From the human T2T-CHM13v2.0 reference genome, Homo sapiens, in assembly GCF_009914755.1 (NCBI RefSeq), contig NC_060932.1: 64,000 nucleotides of DNA. One strand, 5' to 3'. The first letter of the stretch is position 1; every line of letters starts with the position of its first letter. The notes beneath the pieces are model-generated. The model saw nothing but the letters and a program-made list of their open reading frames with translations, was not told the origin of the DNA and searched no databases. A program made the position numbers and the translations under genes. This document shows positions 40,139-51,990 of the stretch, one piece after another.

Positions 40139-41392
40139 AGATCCAAGTTGTGCTTCAGAATTCAGTGAATCAAGCACATGTTTATCATATTCTTGTTTTA
40201 TGCCCATCTTAGTACTTGGCTCTGCAGGAGATATTTTTAATGGAATAAAAGGATAATACTTTGTTATATAAAAATGCTTTTTGATCCCACGTTTATTGGA
40301 TTCTCACAAAAGCCTCATGAGAAAGGAAGAGCAGGGATTATTACAGATCAAGAAAGGAACTCTCACGAGGAGAAATGTTTTGCCCAAGGTAACAGTGCCA
40401 ACAGCTGTCCTGATGCCCGCACGGCTATCCAATCTTATCTACTGACTGAGCAGACCACAAGTGAAGAACTGAGTGTCCCTCTAGTCACTTTGCTGGTCTG
40501 CTTGGGAACAAAGGAGACATTCTGGAAAATGGACAGAACTGTCAAATATCTAAATATACTCATTCCACCCTCTGCGCTGTGATGGCCAAAATGCTTATTC
40601 TAAATTGTAGATCTGACTCCTTCACTCCCCTAACGTCCTTCAAAGTTCCCTTACCATTTCAGGCCCTCCATGATGTGACCTCTGCTATCATCTCCAGATT
40701 TATCTACCATGCTCCCTGGAAGCCTAGCTGAAGCCATAACTCACTCTCCAGATTGCTTATATCTCACAGCCCCTTTCTTGTCTTCAATCCCTTGTTCTCT
40801 CTGCTTTCTCAGGCTCCAAAGACTCCTGACCCATAGAACGCTTCTGCTTTGCCTCTTGACAGCAGCTATCTTTTCAGACAGAAGTATAAGTAATACTTCA
40901 TTAGTCTAATTTTATCAAGAAAAAGATATTTCTGATGAATGATTTCTTTCAAACTAAAATAAAAACTTTTAAGTATAATTAAATATCTTGGCTATTTTGG
41001 AAGGAAAAGTGTCTCACCTCTCTTATCTTTGTAAACTGAGATATTAAGACATAATTTTAGTCTTGTTCAGTGACCAAGGGTCATTATTAATTACACTGCA
41101 AAAGCCATGGGAACTACTGAGCTATCATACACTATTGTCCTTGCACAGAATGCCAGAAGCTTGGCACCTACTGAGTCTTCTCTACTTCTTGCTAGTTGTT
41201 GTCTGCCAGGCTCTCTGGATTTTATGCAGCTTGCCTGAGCAAAACCTTGCAGCCCCTTCCTCTTCACACTTTTAAAATTTTCTGTATCTAATCTGCTATG
41301 TCTTAGGAAACCAGATTGCCAAGTGAGGACTGTTTCTAAGAATAAATAAGTTCTATTCCAAAGCCAGAAACACGTTGCTGTATTCCATGGGA

Positions 41393-41524
41393 TTTTTTTT
41401 TCCTTAGAGAAAGAGTCTCCCTGTGTTGTTCAGGCTGGTCTTGAACTCCCGGGTCCAAGCGATCCTCCCACCTCACCCTCCTGAGTAGCTGGGATTACAG
41501 GCTCAAGCCACCACACACCTGGCC
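41393..41524 (-). mobile_element. Alu left monomer (FLAM)
   Basis: 'caggctggtcttgaactcc..gcgatcctcccacctc..gagtagctgggattacagg'. Confidence 0.85.
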
Positions 41525-41878
41525 CTCCACTGACTTTTTGACATTGACACCGTCATCGTTAAGTCTTTTTTTTTGCCCATTTCCTGGTTCTCCATGTTTG
41601 TCACAAAGCTGACAAGTGGCCTTTGAATAAGGAACGTCTTATCAACATCCCAGTACATTGCTGGGAGTGATCTTCAGCGCTGGCTCATTAAACTGTTCAG
41701 ACTAATGTTCACATCTGGTCTCACACCTCAGGGGCACTTTGCAGAAGGTTACTCTCTCCTTTTCTGCCTTCTTAGCAAAACTGAATTATTTCAGGACAGA
41801 AATATGTTGAGGTAGGCACAATCTTGTCATCCTGCAAAAAGGAGCCATTCTTAATCAGGGTCATCTCAGCTTCTGTAA

Positions 41879-42399
<521 letters not shown>

Positions 42400-45048
42400 A
42401 GAAATCAATTTTTTTCAGCATTCACTGTGTGTTAGACTCTCCAATCTCAGTTTCAGCTTCACTCTGAATCTTTCCTGAATGCAATCTGCAATTCTTCCAT
42501 TTGCAATTAATTCTTCCTCTCATTTGCCCTCCCTGTCATCTGTAAACCCAAACCACTAGGATGCCTTCTTAAATTTATGTATTCAATACTCTGACTCTCC
42601 CACTAGTCTCTGAGCCCCTTTGAAGGATAAGAATTGGATCTTGGTCATCATTGCATTCCCAGAACCAGCACAGTGCCAACATACATAGATGTTTAATTAA
42701 TGTTTAAATTCTGGAAAGAAGCATGCTTTCGTAAAACTTAAGCTGCCTCCTTGTTTCGTTTACTTGGTCTAAGCAGCCTGGATGAGTTAGTAACTCGGAG
42801 CGCAGATCTTCTGGTTACTATTGTCTTCAAGCCCTTCTTCTATCTTCTGATTTTTAAGAAAATCTTTCCTGGAATGATTATCATGAGCTACTATAATTCA
42901 ATGTCAATGAATTAGGTTTGAATGCCTGAAAGACTCTTGAAATTTTATAGGGGACAGAAAACAGAAGAACCTAACTTTTATTTCATCTCCTCTGTTTACA
43001 AGCCTTGTGACCTCAGACAAATAGCTTGAATTCTCAGAATCCTAGGGGTTTGTTTCACTGTAAAATAGAGATAATTATATCTTCCCTAACCTTACAGAAT
43101 TGAGAGGATCTTATTAGCTAACAAGTGCTAAAGCCATTTGTGATAACTAAAATTTTATATAGCTACAAAGGATTATCACTCTATAAATCATGGGTAAAGC
43201 TAAACAAATCAATAATTTGCCCAAGGGTATGGAAAATGGCAAAATGAGATTCTTGAACCAAGTCTTCATCTCTATCATACTGCTGTCTCACCTACAGCCC
43301 CTGTGGGGGTAGAAGGGAATGAAAAGGAGAAAAGATGGTACACAGCAGAGAGGCTCTGAATCTCACTGTTTTGCCTTATCTCATAACTTTGCCCCCATCT
43401 GCCCCACTCTCCAGTTAACTTCTCAAAGAATCATGCCATGCAACCAAATGGACACAAAGCTACCATGCACAAGGACCATCTCTTCTTCCAGGATAATGGG
43501 CACCAGGCCAGGATGGAGAGACCAAAGCCAGTACATATTTGCATGGTCCATTCACCCTTCATTATGACGAACTCTTCTCTCAAGGGTCAAGATGTGAGCA
43601 TTCATCTTTTTGGGTTCTTCAACTATTAGTACTTGGACTCTCCACAGGTCATATATCATGGCACTGAAGGCAGCAGGTACAGACAAAAGTTGTCACTTGT
43701 ATTGATATGGTGTGAAGAGGATGATTAATGGAAGTCACACATGACCGCCCAGCTTCTAACTTACCCAAGCTCACTGGAAGTGCTGACTTCGTTATTCTTC
43801 ATGAGCCACCTTTCCCACCCCGTTCCCCACTGCTGCTTTCAATAATAACATCAGCTTTAGGAGTCTTATTTTGATGGAAGGGAGGGAAAAAGTCATCACC
43901 CAAACCATGCCAGTGTGTCTGACAAGCCTGCATGGGTGACTTTCTATTCTCTCATTTCTGCGGCTTTTGTTGAATTTGAAATTCATTCACTCATTCAACA
44001 AATATTTAGGATTTCCTACTCTCAGTGCTTGGGGATACAGCAGTAAGTAAAACAGACAAAAATCCATGCCCTGGTGAACCTTACATTCTTGTAATAGAAG
44101 ACAGGTGTTTCTAAGTAAATTGTAAAGTATGCGACAGGGTGTCAAGTGTGATGGAGAACACAGAGCAGAGAATCGGGGAAGTACCAGGGTAAGGGATTTG
44201 TTGCAATTTTAATCAGAGCAGTCAAAGGAAGCCTCATTGATCAGGTGACGTTTGAGCAAAGCTTGAAAGAGGTAAAAGGATTAGCCGAGCAGCTATCTGA
44301 AAGAAGAGAACTCAAAAGATGGGAAATGACCATTGCAAAAGCCTGAAGGTGGAAACAAGTCCAAATTGCTTGAAGAATAGCAACAAAGCAAGTGTGGCAG
44401 GAGAAGCAAGCCTGAGGAATGTAAAAGGGTGGGTGAGGTCATAGAGGAAAAGAGGGGCTGGATCACAGAGGACCTTGTATATCATTATCATGTCACCAAC
44501 TTTTTTTCTGTATAACATAGGAAGTCATTGGAAGGTTTTGATCTAGTTTGTGCTATAAAAGATCCACCCTGGCTGTCATTTGAGAATACATGACAGATTG
44601 TAAGGGAGAGGCAGGGAGACCATGGCAGTCCTCCAGGTGAGCAATCAGGGTGACTTTGAACAGGTGTTAATGTGGAGGGCTGAGAAATGGCCAAATACTG
44701 GATGTGTCATAGTTCACTGAAGCCAACATGCCTCTGCCTGTGGGCCACATCCCTAATTTGGATATATTATTATAAAAGGTGACATAATCTCTATCTTGGT
44801 ATTGAGGAACTATGGTATTTCAAAGTTGAACTAAAGGGTTTGCTGGCAGAACAGAAGTGAGGGTGAGAGATAGGATGACTCAAGGACGCCTACAGAGTTT
44901 GACATCTGAGCAACCAAGGATGGAGCTGCCCTCAGCTGGGATGGGGAAGTGCTGGGAGGAACCAATCAGAAAGAGTGGGTGAGGCTTAGGCCAGAGTACA
45001 GTTTAAGACATGTTAAGTTTCCATGTCTATTAAAAATATAAGCGAACA

Positions 45049-45336
45049 GGCCGGGCACGGTGGCTCACGCCTGTAATCTCAACGCTTTGGAAGGCCGAGG
45101 CAGGAGGATCACGAGGTCAGGAGATCGAGACCATCCTGGCTAACACGGTGAAACCCCATCTCTACTAAAAACACAAAACATTAGCTGGGTGTGGTGGCGA
45201 GTGCCTGTAGTCCCAGCTACTCAGGAGACTGAGGCAGGAGAATGGTGTGAACCAGGAGGCGGAGCTTGCAGTGAGCCGAGATCGTACCACTGCCCTCCAG
45301 CCTGGGCGACAGAGTGAGACTCCATCTCAAAAAAAA
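45049..45336 (+). mobile_element. AluY
   Basis: 'ggatcacgaggtcaggagatcgagaccatcctggctaacacgg', 'ggagcttgcagtgagccg'. Confidence 0.94.
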
Positions 45337-45686
45337 TATATATATATATAATATATATATAATAAAATATATATATAATGTATATTATATATACTATATA
45401 TAGTATATAGTATATAGTATATAATATATACTATATATAGTATATAGTATATACTATATACTATATATAGTATATAGTATATACATAAAATATAAATATT
45501 ATATATATATTATTATATAATATATATAATAAAATAGATATATAATATATAATATATATTATATATAATATATATAATAAAATAGATATAATATATATTA
45601 TATATAATAGATATAATATATTTTTATAATATATAATATATATGATATTATATATGTGTTATATATAATATTATATATATATATAT
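45337..45686. repeat. ~350-bp AT-rich array derived from the Alu tail, containing a 52-bp perfect palindrome (45425-45476)
   Basis: (TA)n/(TATATAG)n units; lies between decayed TSDs atataagcgaaca / atatgagtgaaga. Confidence 0.92.
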
Positions 45687-46155
45687 GAGTGAAGAAGCCC
45701 TATAGGTACTTGAATATGGGCATTCAGGCAAGAAGTTTGGGACAGATATAAATTTGAGAGTCATAAGATGTAAATAATAATTGACACTCAAAGACTGAAT
45801 GAGATCACCAAGGGAAGGAATTTAGATAAAGAAAAGAGAATGCGGTGTAGAGCCCTGGGTCTTCCCATGTAAGAGGTCTGAGAGGAAAAAAGAAACCAGC
45901 AAAGGAGACAGAGCAGAAGGTACCAGTGAGATAAGATAAAATAACACAAATAATTGAAAATGGCCAAGAGTTCTGGGCTGATTTGGAAAGAAGTAAAAAA
46001 CAACCTACTTACAAGCTTCTGAAATAAATATCATAAAAATGGCTCCTATCTATGCTCAGTTAATGACTGAGCAGCCAGAATGGGGTTAATGTGGAAATGA
46101 CCATAACAAAGAGATGGTAAAGAGTGGAAAGAATTTAAGATAAAAAGATAAGGGG

Positions 46156-46469
46156 GGCAGGGTGCAGTGGCTCATGCCTGTAATTCCAGTGCTTTAAGAG
46201 GCTGAGGTAGAAGGATTGCTTGAGGCCAGGAGTTTGAGGCCAGCTTGGGCAACATAGCAAGATCCTGTCTCTATAAAAAAATACAAAATATTAGCCAGAT
46301 CTGCTGGTGTGTGCCTGTAGTGCCAGCTACTTGGGCAGCTGATGCTGGAGTATCACTTGAGCCCAGGAGTTAGAGGCTGCAGCGAGCTATGATTGCCACT
46401 GCACTCTATCCAGCCTGGGTGACAGAGTAAGACCCTGTCTCAAAAATAATAATAATAATAATAATAATT
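46156..46469 (+). mobile_element. AluJ with (AAT)n tail
   Basis: 'aacatagcaagat', 'agttagaggctgcagcgagctatgatt'; TSD AAAGATAAGGG (46144-46154, 46470-46480). Confidence 0.9.
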
Positions 46470-47619
46470 AAAGATAAGGGAATCATATAAATGATTGTAC
46501 TATTTATTTATATATGTAATGTGTTTCTTTACAAGCTGCCTTGTTCCAGGAAATAGTTGAAGTGGTTTGTGAGAAATTGGCTTGTTTGCATCAGATATTT
46601 TCAACTTTCCAAAGCAATTTTACCTTCCATTCAAATGTACTCCCTATCGCCCATTCGGCACTTTCTGTGCCACATTCATTCATTCATTCATTTGTGCCAC
46701 CAATACTTATTCACAGCACAGTAAGCCAGTGTTCCTGGCAGGGTGTCCTGGGCCAGCTTGAAGACACATGGCTCCAACCCGCTTTTCAAGCTTGAAGCCA
46801 ACCCAGGATACAAGACTAAGTATTTCACAACTAATTTGTCGGGCACTCACGAACCCTATTTTTAAATCTGAAAAAAGCAGACACACAATGGATAGGTAGC
46901 CAGGCTAGCAGACGCCAAAACCTCCCATGCTAAATCAGGGTCCACATGGCCACTAACTCACTTCTCCTTTCAGAGGTACGCAGGGAAAGTAGGAAGTCAC
47001 CCAACAGTAATGACAACCAACGTGCTCAATGCCTTTCAGGTTGAAACTCCATGTTCTCATCTTGCCTTTACGTTAAACAATACAGCAGTGTTAGTGGGTG
47101 AGCACAGCTATACCCCCAGTCTTGGATGAGGAAGCAGAGGCTCTAGGGAGGTGAGGTGGCTTCCCCAGGGAATAGCCAGAAGGCAGCTCAGCTGGAACTC
47201 AAGCCCAGGTCTCCAAATCTTTATAGCCAGCAGTGGGTTGGGTGCTTAGGGGAAGCTCCAAACGGATAAACGGTAAAAGGCCTGACACGAAAATAAGAGC
47301 AACTATCATTAGAGAAAGCAGGCAATTGAGGGGGCCAGGAAACAGCTGGAAGGAGACAAGGCTCAGAGCAGTTCCAGAGAGCAGGCACTTGGGGACAGAT
47401 AGGGAGGAGCATAGCAAGTCCCTAAGGGGGTGCGGCAGGGAGCCCAAACCATGTACTGCTGCCAAGAGAGGGGTCAAGGGAACTTCTCAGTTTGCAGGGC
47501 ACAGCAGAAAGAGCCCAACAGACCTGGATACTAGGCTGGCCAAACTTCTCGGCTTACCCAAGACTGAAGTGGTTGCTGCGATAAGGAACTTTCCATCTTA
47601 AAACCAGCAAAGCCCCAGC

Positions 47620-47850
47620 CAAGCCAGGATGAGTTGATCACCCTAGTTAGAATTCCAGCCCTGTCACTTCCTAGCTATGTAAACCTTGGGCAAACTACCT
47701 CCCCACTTCTGATCCTAATCACCACTAAAGTAGGGGTAACAATGTGACCCTGGCAGGTTGATCATGAGATTTAAGTGAAAAAAAACTCTAACATAACCAT
47801 CTGGCACTTGGAAGGCATTCAATACATGGCAGACATTATTATTACTACGA
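47620..47850 (+). mobile_element. MIR
   Basis: 'ccctgtcacttcctagctatgtaaaccttgggcaaac...gagatttaagtga...ggcattcaatacatgg'. Confidence 0.7.
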
Positions 47851-48669
47851 GGTTATTAAAATGAGATTTTCAACTGTACTTTTCTCACCATTCTTGAAGT
47901 TGAAATGCAGTCTTCGGCATTCTCCCAGAAATGATTCTCAGGAGTTGGGTTTGCAGCCAGCTGTTATGGATCTTCATAAACACCAGAAACTTTGAGAAGC
48001 TGAGGCAACACTGTACAAGGATTAAGTGAAAACCCAGCTGTGAGCTCCTGGGTCCTGTTGCTACTTCTTGGAAGTTTCTATAACTTGTGAGATTGACATA
48101 TCCTAGATAAACTTGGCTGCTGAATTGGTGTGTGCATCACACCAGGTTGACCCTGAGAGTAACAGTGAAGCCTTTCCTCATGACCTCCCAGACACCAAGC
48201 ACTAGGTGCTCTTAACCTTCCCTGTTTATCCCAGACTATGCCCACGCCCATTGCCCACCCAGCCATCCCCATCACATTCCCCAAGGGGGCTGAAAGGAGT
48301 CATTGACTAATCTGGTAACATCACAACTGACCCCAGCATACAAAATCTAAGTATCCCCTCTATGAACATCATTTTAATTTCCAGGAGTACTTGATGCATT
48401 AATCATAGCTCTATTATAAGCAGAAAATTCAGGCTCATGCTCTCTCTTGCTCTCTGTCTCTCTCTCTCTTTCTGTTAAAGTCCTTACTTTAAGACTCTGC
48501 ATTATACTGTAAGCTATATGCTCTTTGAGCATCAACTGTCACTGTACTTATTACACTGTAGTGTCATAATCTGTCTATGTGTCCTGAACTCAACAGAACT
48601 CTTGAAAGACAAAAACCATGTGTCATCCATGGAAACAATATAGTATAGCTATTAAGAATACCACGTCCC

Positions 48670-48855
48670 AACTGTTAATGGGTACAGGTTTATTTTGGGG
48701 GGATGAGGCATGTTATGAGACATGTTCTAAAATTGACTGTGATGTTTGCTCATCTCTGTCAAATATACTAAAAACCATTGAATTATACACTATAAATAGG
48801 CAAATTATGGAGTACATGACTTATCACTCAGTAAAGCTGTTTTGAAAAAGAAAAA
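48670..48855 (+). mobile_element. L1MB-type 3' end inserted in a MIR (48640-49070)
   Basis: 'taatgggtacagg..ttttggggggatga', 'aatatactaaaaaccattgaatt', 'ctcagtaaagctgtt'. Confidence 0.75.
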
Positions 48856-49257
48856 GGATGCTACTGCCTCCCTTTAAATTCTGGCTTCACTACTTACTGT
48901 AGCAAGTTACATAATTTCTCTGTGCCTCAGTTTCTTCATCTGTAAACTGGGTTAAAGCAATACCTACCTCAAAGGGACACTAACTAAGAGGAATTAAATT
49001 GGCAATTATTTTTAAAGCCATTAACAACAGTTTCTGGAACATATAGAGCAGTATGCAAGGATAGTTATTTATTTTTCACCTCTATTCTCAGAACATGGTT
49101 TAGTGCCTGACACATAGTGAGTAAATGATAAAGATTTTTAAAATGTATAACCCAGCTTATAAGTACCTACAGGAACTCAAATATGGGGCACGTTAGTTGC
49201 TATGCCTTACTCAATAGAAAGAGGACTGAACTAAGTTGCCAAATGACTTGGGTTTGA

Positions 49258-49575
49258 GGCTGGGTACAGTGGCTCACACCTGTAATCCCAGCATTTTAGG
49301 AGGCCAAGGCAGGCAGATCACTTGAGGTCAGGAGTTCGAGATCAGCCTGGCCAACATAGTAAAACTCCGTCTCTACTAAAAATACAGAAATTAGCCAGGC
49401 ATGGTGCCTGTAATCCCAGCTACTCAGGAGGCTGAGGCAGGAGAATTACTTGAACCCAGGAGACGGAGGTTACAAGATCATACCACTGCACTCCAACCTG
49501 GGTGGCAGAGCAAGGCTCCATCAATACATACATACATACATACATACATACATACATACATACATACATACATAC
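49258..49575 (+). mobile_element. AluS with (ATAC)13 tail
   Basis: Dimer with small deletions; 15-bp TSD ATGACTTGGGTTTGA (49243-49257, 49576-49590). Confidence 0.92.
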
Positions 49576-50489
49576 ATGACTTGGGTTTGAGTTCTGATCA
49601 CCACATTAGAGCAGGCTGACTTGAAAAAACCACTTTCCCATTTACCCTGAGACTCTGCATCCTCATCTGCCGAAACTGACAATTTTGCTTCTACCGAACT
49701 GAAAGGGTAGTTTCAAAGATGAAATGAATCAATGTGTATGAAAGCTCTTTTAAAACCATCATGTGCAAATATAAATTCCTCCGAGAAATTGGTCTTGTCC
49801 TAAAGATGGCCCGGGTTGCCCTCTTACCCTAAAAGTCTCCTTATTCACTCCCAGCCCGCCTCACTCGTTCATCATTGCAGGAAAATGTGCCAAAGATCAA
49901 AAACAGGTGAGATCCGACCCCAGGGACAGAGCAAAGAAGTAACTGGACTGTAGGCACCAGCTGGTCCTGTTCTGCCCTGCCCTCATAGAACTGTGAACAG
50001 CTAAGAAGTGCTGTTCCTTTAAACTTTGCCCCTTTGTGGCTCACAGATGAGTAGATTCAGGCAGCAGCTGTCAGCTCTGCAGGCAGCAGAGAATCTTTCC
50101 AGAGCAGCATTCCCAGCAGTGTCAGGATGGGAGGATGAAATTAGGTGAGCCAAGCAACCTGAAAGTCCTCATTCAAAAGCCTCTACTGCCATCTACTGCC
50201 TCTCTGAAGAACTCATTGGCAAAAAGCCAAGAAAAGACTGCAATGGAGGTGGGGTAGAGAGGAGCCTTAGCAATAGACTGAATTGTCTGGATCAATTAGT
50301 CCACCCTTCATTCTCCAGCTGGGGAAAATGAGACCCAAAGAGGTAAAGAGGCTTGTCTGAAGTCACTCTGCTAGCCCACGGCAGCCCATCATCTCTTGGA
50401 TACACATATTAGCTCTGCCCCACAACACACTGTTTCTGTCTGAATATATAAACTATCAATAAAGCTGGCTTAGAGCAAAGAGGTTTGTG

Positions 50490-50619
50490 TGGTTGTTATT
50501 ATTGAGACAGGGTCTCACTATGTTGACGAGGCTGGTCTTGAACTCCTGGCCTCAAGTGATCCTCCAGCATCAGCCTCCCAAAGTGTTGGGGTGACAGGCG
50601 TAAGCCACCACACCCAGCC
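50490..50619 (-). mobile_element. Alu left monomer (FLAM_C-like)
   Basis: 'gagacagggtctcactatgttg..ctggcctcaagtgatcctcc..cccaaagtg'; TSD agagcaaagaggtt/agaggaaagagctt. Confidence 0.85.
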
Positions 50620-50914
50620 AGAGGAAAGAGCTTCTGCCAGCTATCCTTTTCCTCGCCATTTTTTGGTTCCACCTTCTCTGCTTTGCACAAGAAGCCCCAG
50701 ACTGGACCTGTTGTCTTATCCATCTAGAACCCAGTGTCTCATACTGTCCAGCAGTCCCTTTCAGGGAGAAAACATTGAGCCGTTCACTTGAAAGCATTTG
50801 CTTTCTTTTTTTTTTTTTTTTTAAAGAACATGAAGAATAGCACAAATCCTGTTTAGTAGACACTCCACACCCCCATACTACAGAAAGCAAACTAAGGCTC
50901 AGGGACATCAAAGA

Positions 50915-51094
50915 ATTGGCTTCTAATGTGCCTGACATTAGGATCACCTGGGTATCTTTTACAACCTCCAACGCTCAGGCCACACCCAGACCTATTGAAT
51001 CAGAATCTCTGGGTTAGAAAACAGGCATCAGTAGTTTTTGAAGCTCTCCCACACCCAGGTGATTCCAACATTTAGGTAGGCTTGGGAACCACTG
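50915..51094 (+). mobile_element. MER5-family hAT element
   Basis: 'atcacctggg', 'cccagacctattgaatcagaatctctggg', 'ccaggtgattcc', 'gaaccactg'. Confidence 0.82.
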
Positions 51095-51519
51095 ACTTAC
51101 GTTCTCCTAATTAGTAGGTAAAATGGCAGGGACCCAAGTCTTTCAACTTCCAGGCCACTGAAGAAAAGTGATGTCCATATTTTAGCTGTTTGCATCACCC
51201 TTTGAAGATTTTTGCCACTTCCACACACTAACTATATTAATATGTGAAGTGACCCCATTTTTTTACTTAAAGCAATGTATTTTTAAAAGAACACTGTTAC
51301 TCTCGGGAATGGAAAAACAATCTCTTGTCACAAAACAAAAATCAGCCTTTAAAGACACACACTAAAACCCAAAAGTTAAAATGAAAATGTACATCCATGT
51401 ATGAAATAAAGTTATCTCACTTTCTAATTTGGGGGAGCCATTACAAAGAAAGATACCCTCTCTGCTCCTGATTAGACTGAAAGAAATGTGGCAAAAACAC
51501 ATTTTGGGACAGAGAGTAT

Positions 51520-51990
51520 CTGTGCTCACTCCGCGCTTCTCCATGTGTACGCACCATTTTCTCTCTCTGTCATTCTGTCTCTCTCTAGCCTCGCTACTAA
51601 GCTCGGGAGGAACTCCCATCAGCTTTCCCTGTGTTGTAAGACCTAAGCCCAGGACTGCGGGTTCTGGCCAAATTGTAATTGTGACAGCATCCTGCCCAGG
51701 ACTTACCCGACAGCGGAGAACTGTCACTCATTACCAAGAGCAACAGACGTTCTTTCGGCATTGTCCTGGCCCTCTCTTGATAGGCTGGCCCGCGTGTTGG
51801 GGTGGAACCGTGGCACCACCAGCTCTTTGTGACCCCACCTGTGACTGCAGCCCAACTCCATGACCCCATTTCCGCTTCCTACAGGTGAGTGTCATCACGC
51901 TGTTTGCTCAGAACACAGCTGTTTGGCAAGGGCACGCAGTAGATGTGGAGTCCGGGCCCCAACTGCTCTGGGCAGTGTCCTTTTCAATGC
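51520..51990. other. Unique CpG-enriched block (sub-island) with + strand splice signals
   Basis: ~18 CpG in ~470 bp against a CpG-depleted background; acceptor ...ctctctctAG at 51587-88; CAG|GTGAGT at 51884/51885. Confidence 0.45.

Larger units (their letters stand above)
43980..45940 (-). mobile_element. Long L2a fragment hosting an AluY and an AT array
   Basis: 'attcattcactcattcaacaaatattt' 3' end, 'aaacagacaaaaatcc', 'ggtgacgtttgagcaaag', 'gactgaatgagatcaccaaggg'. Confidence 0.85.
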
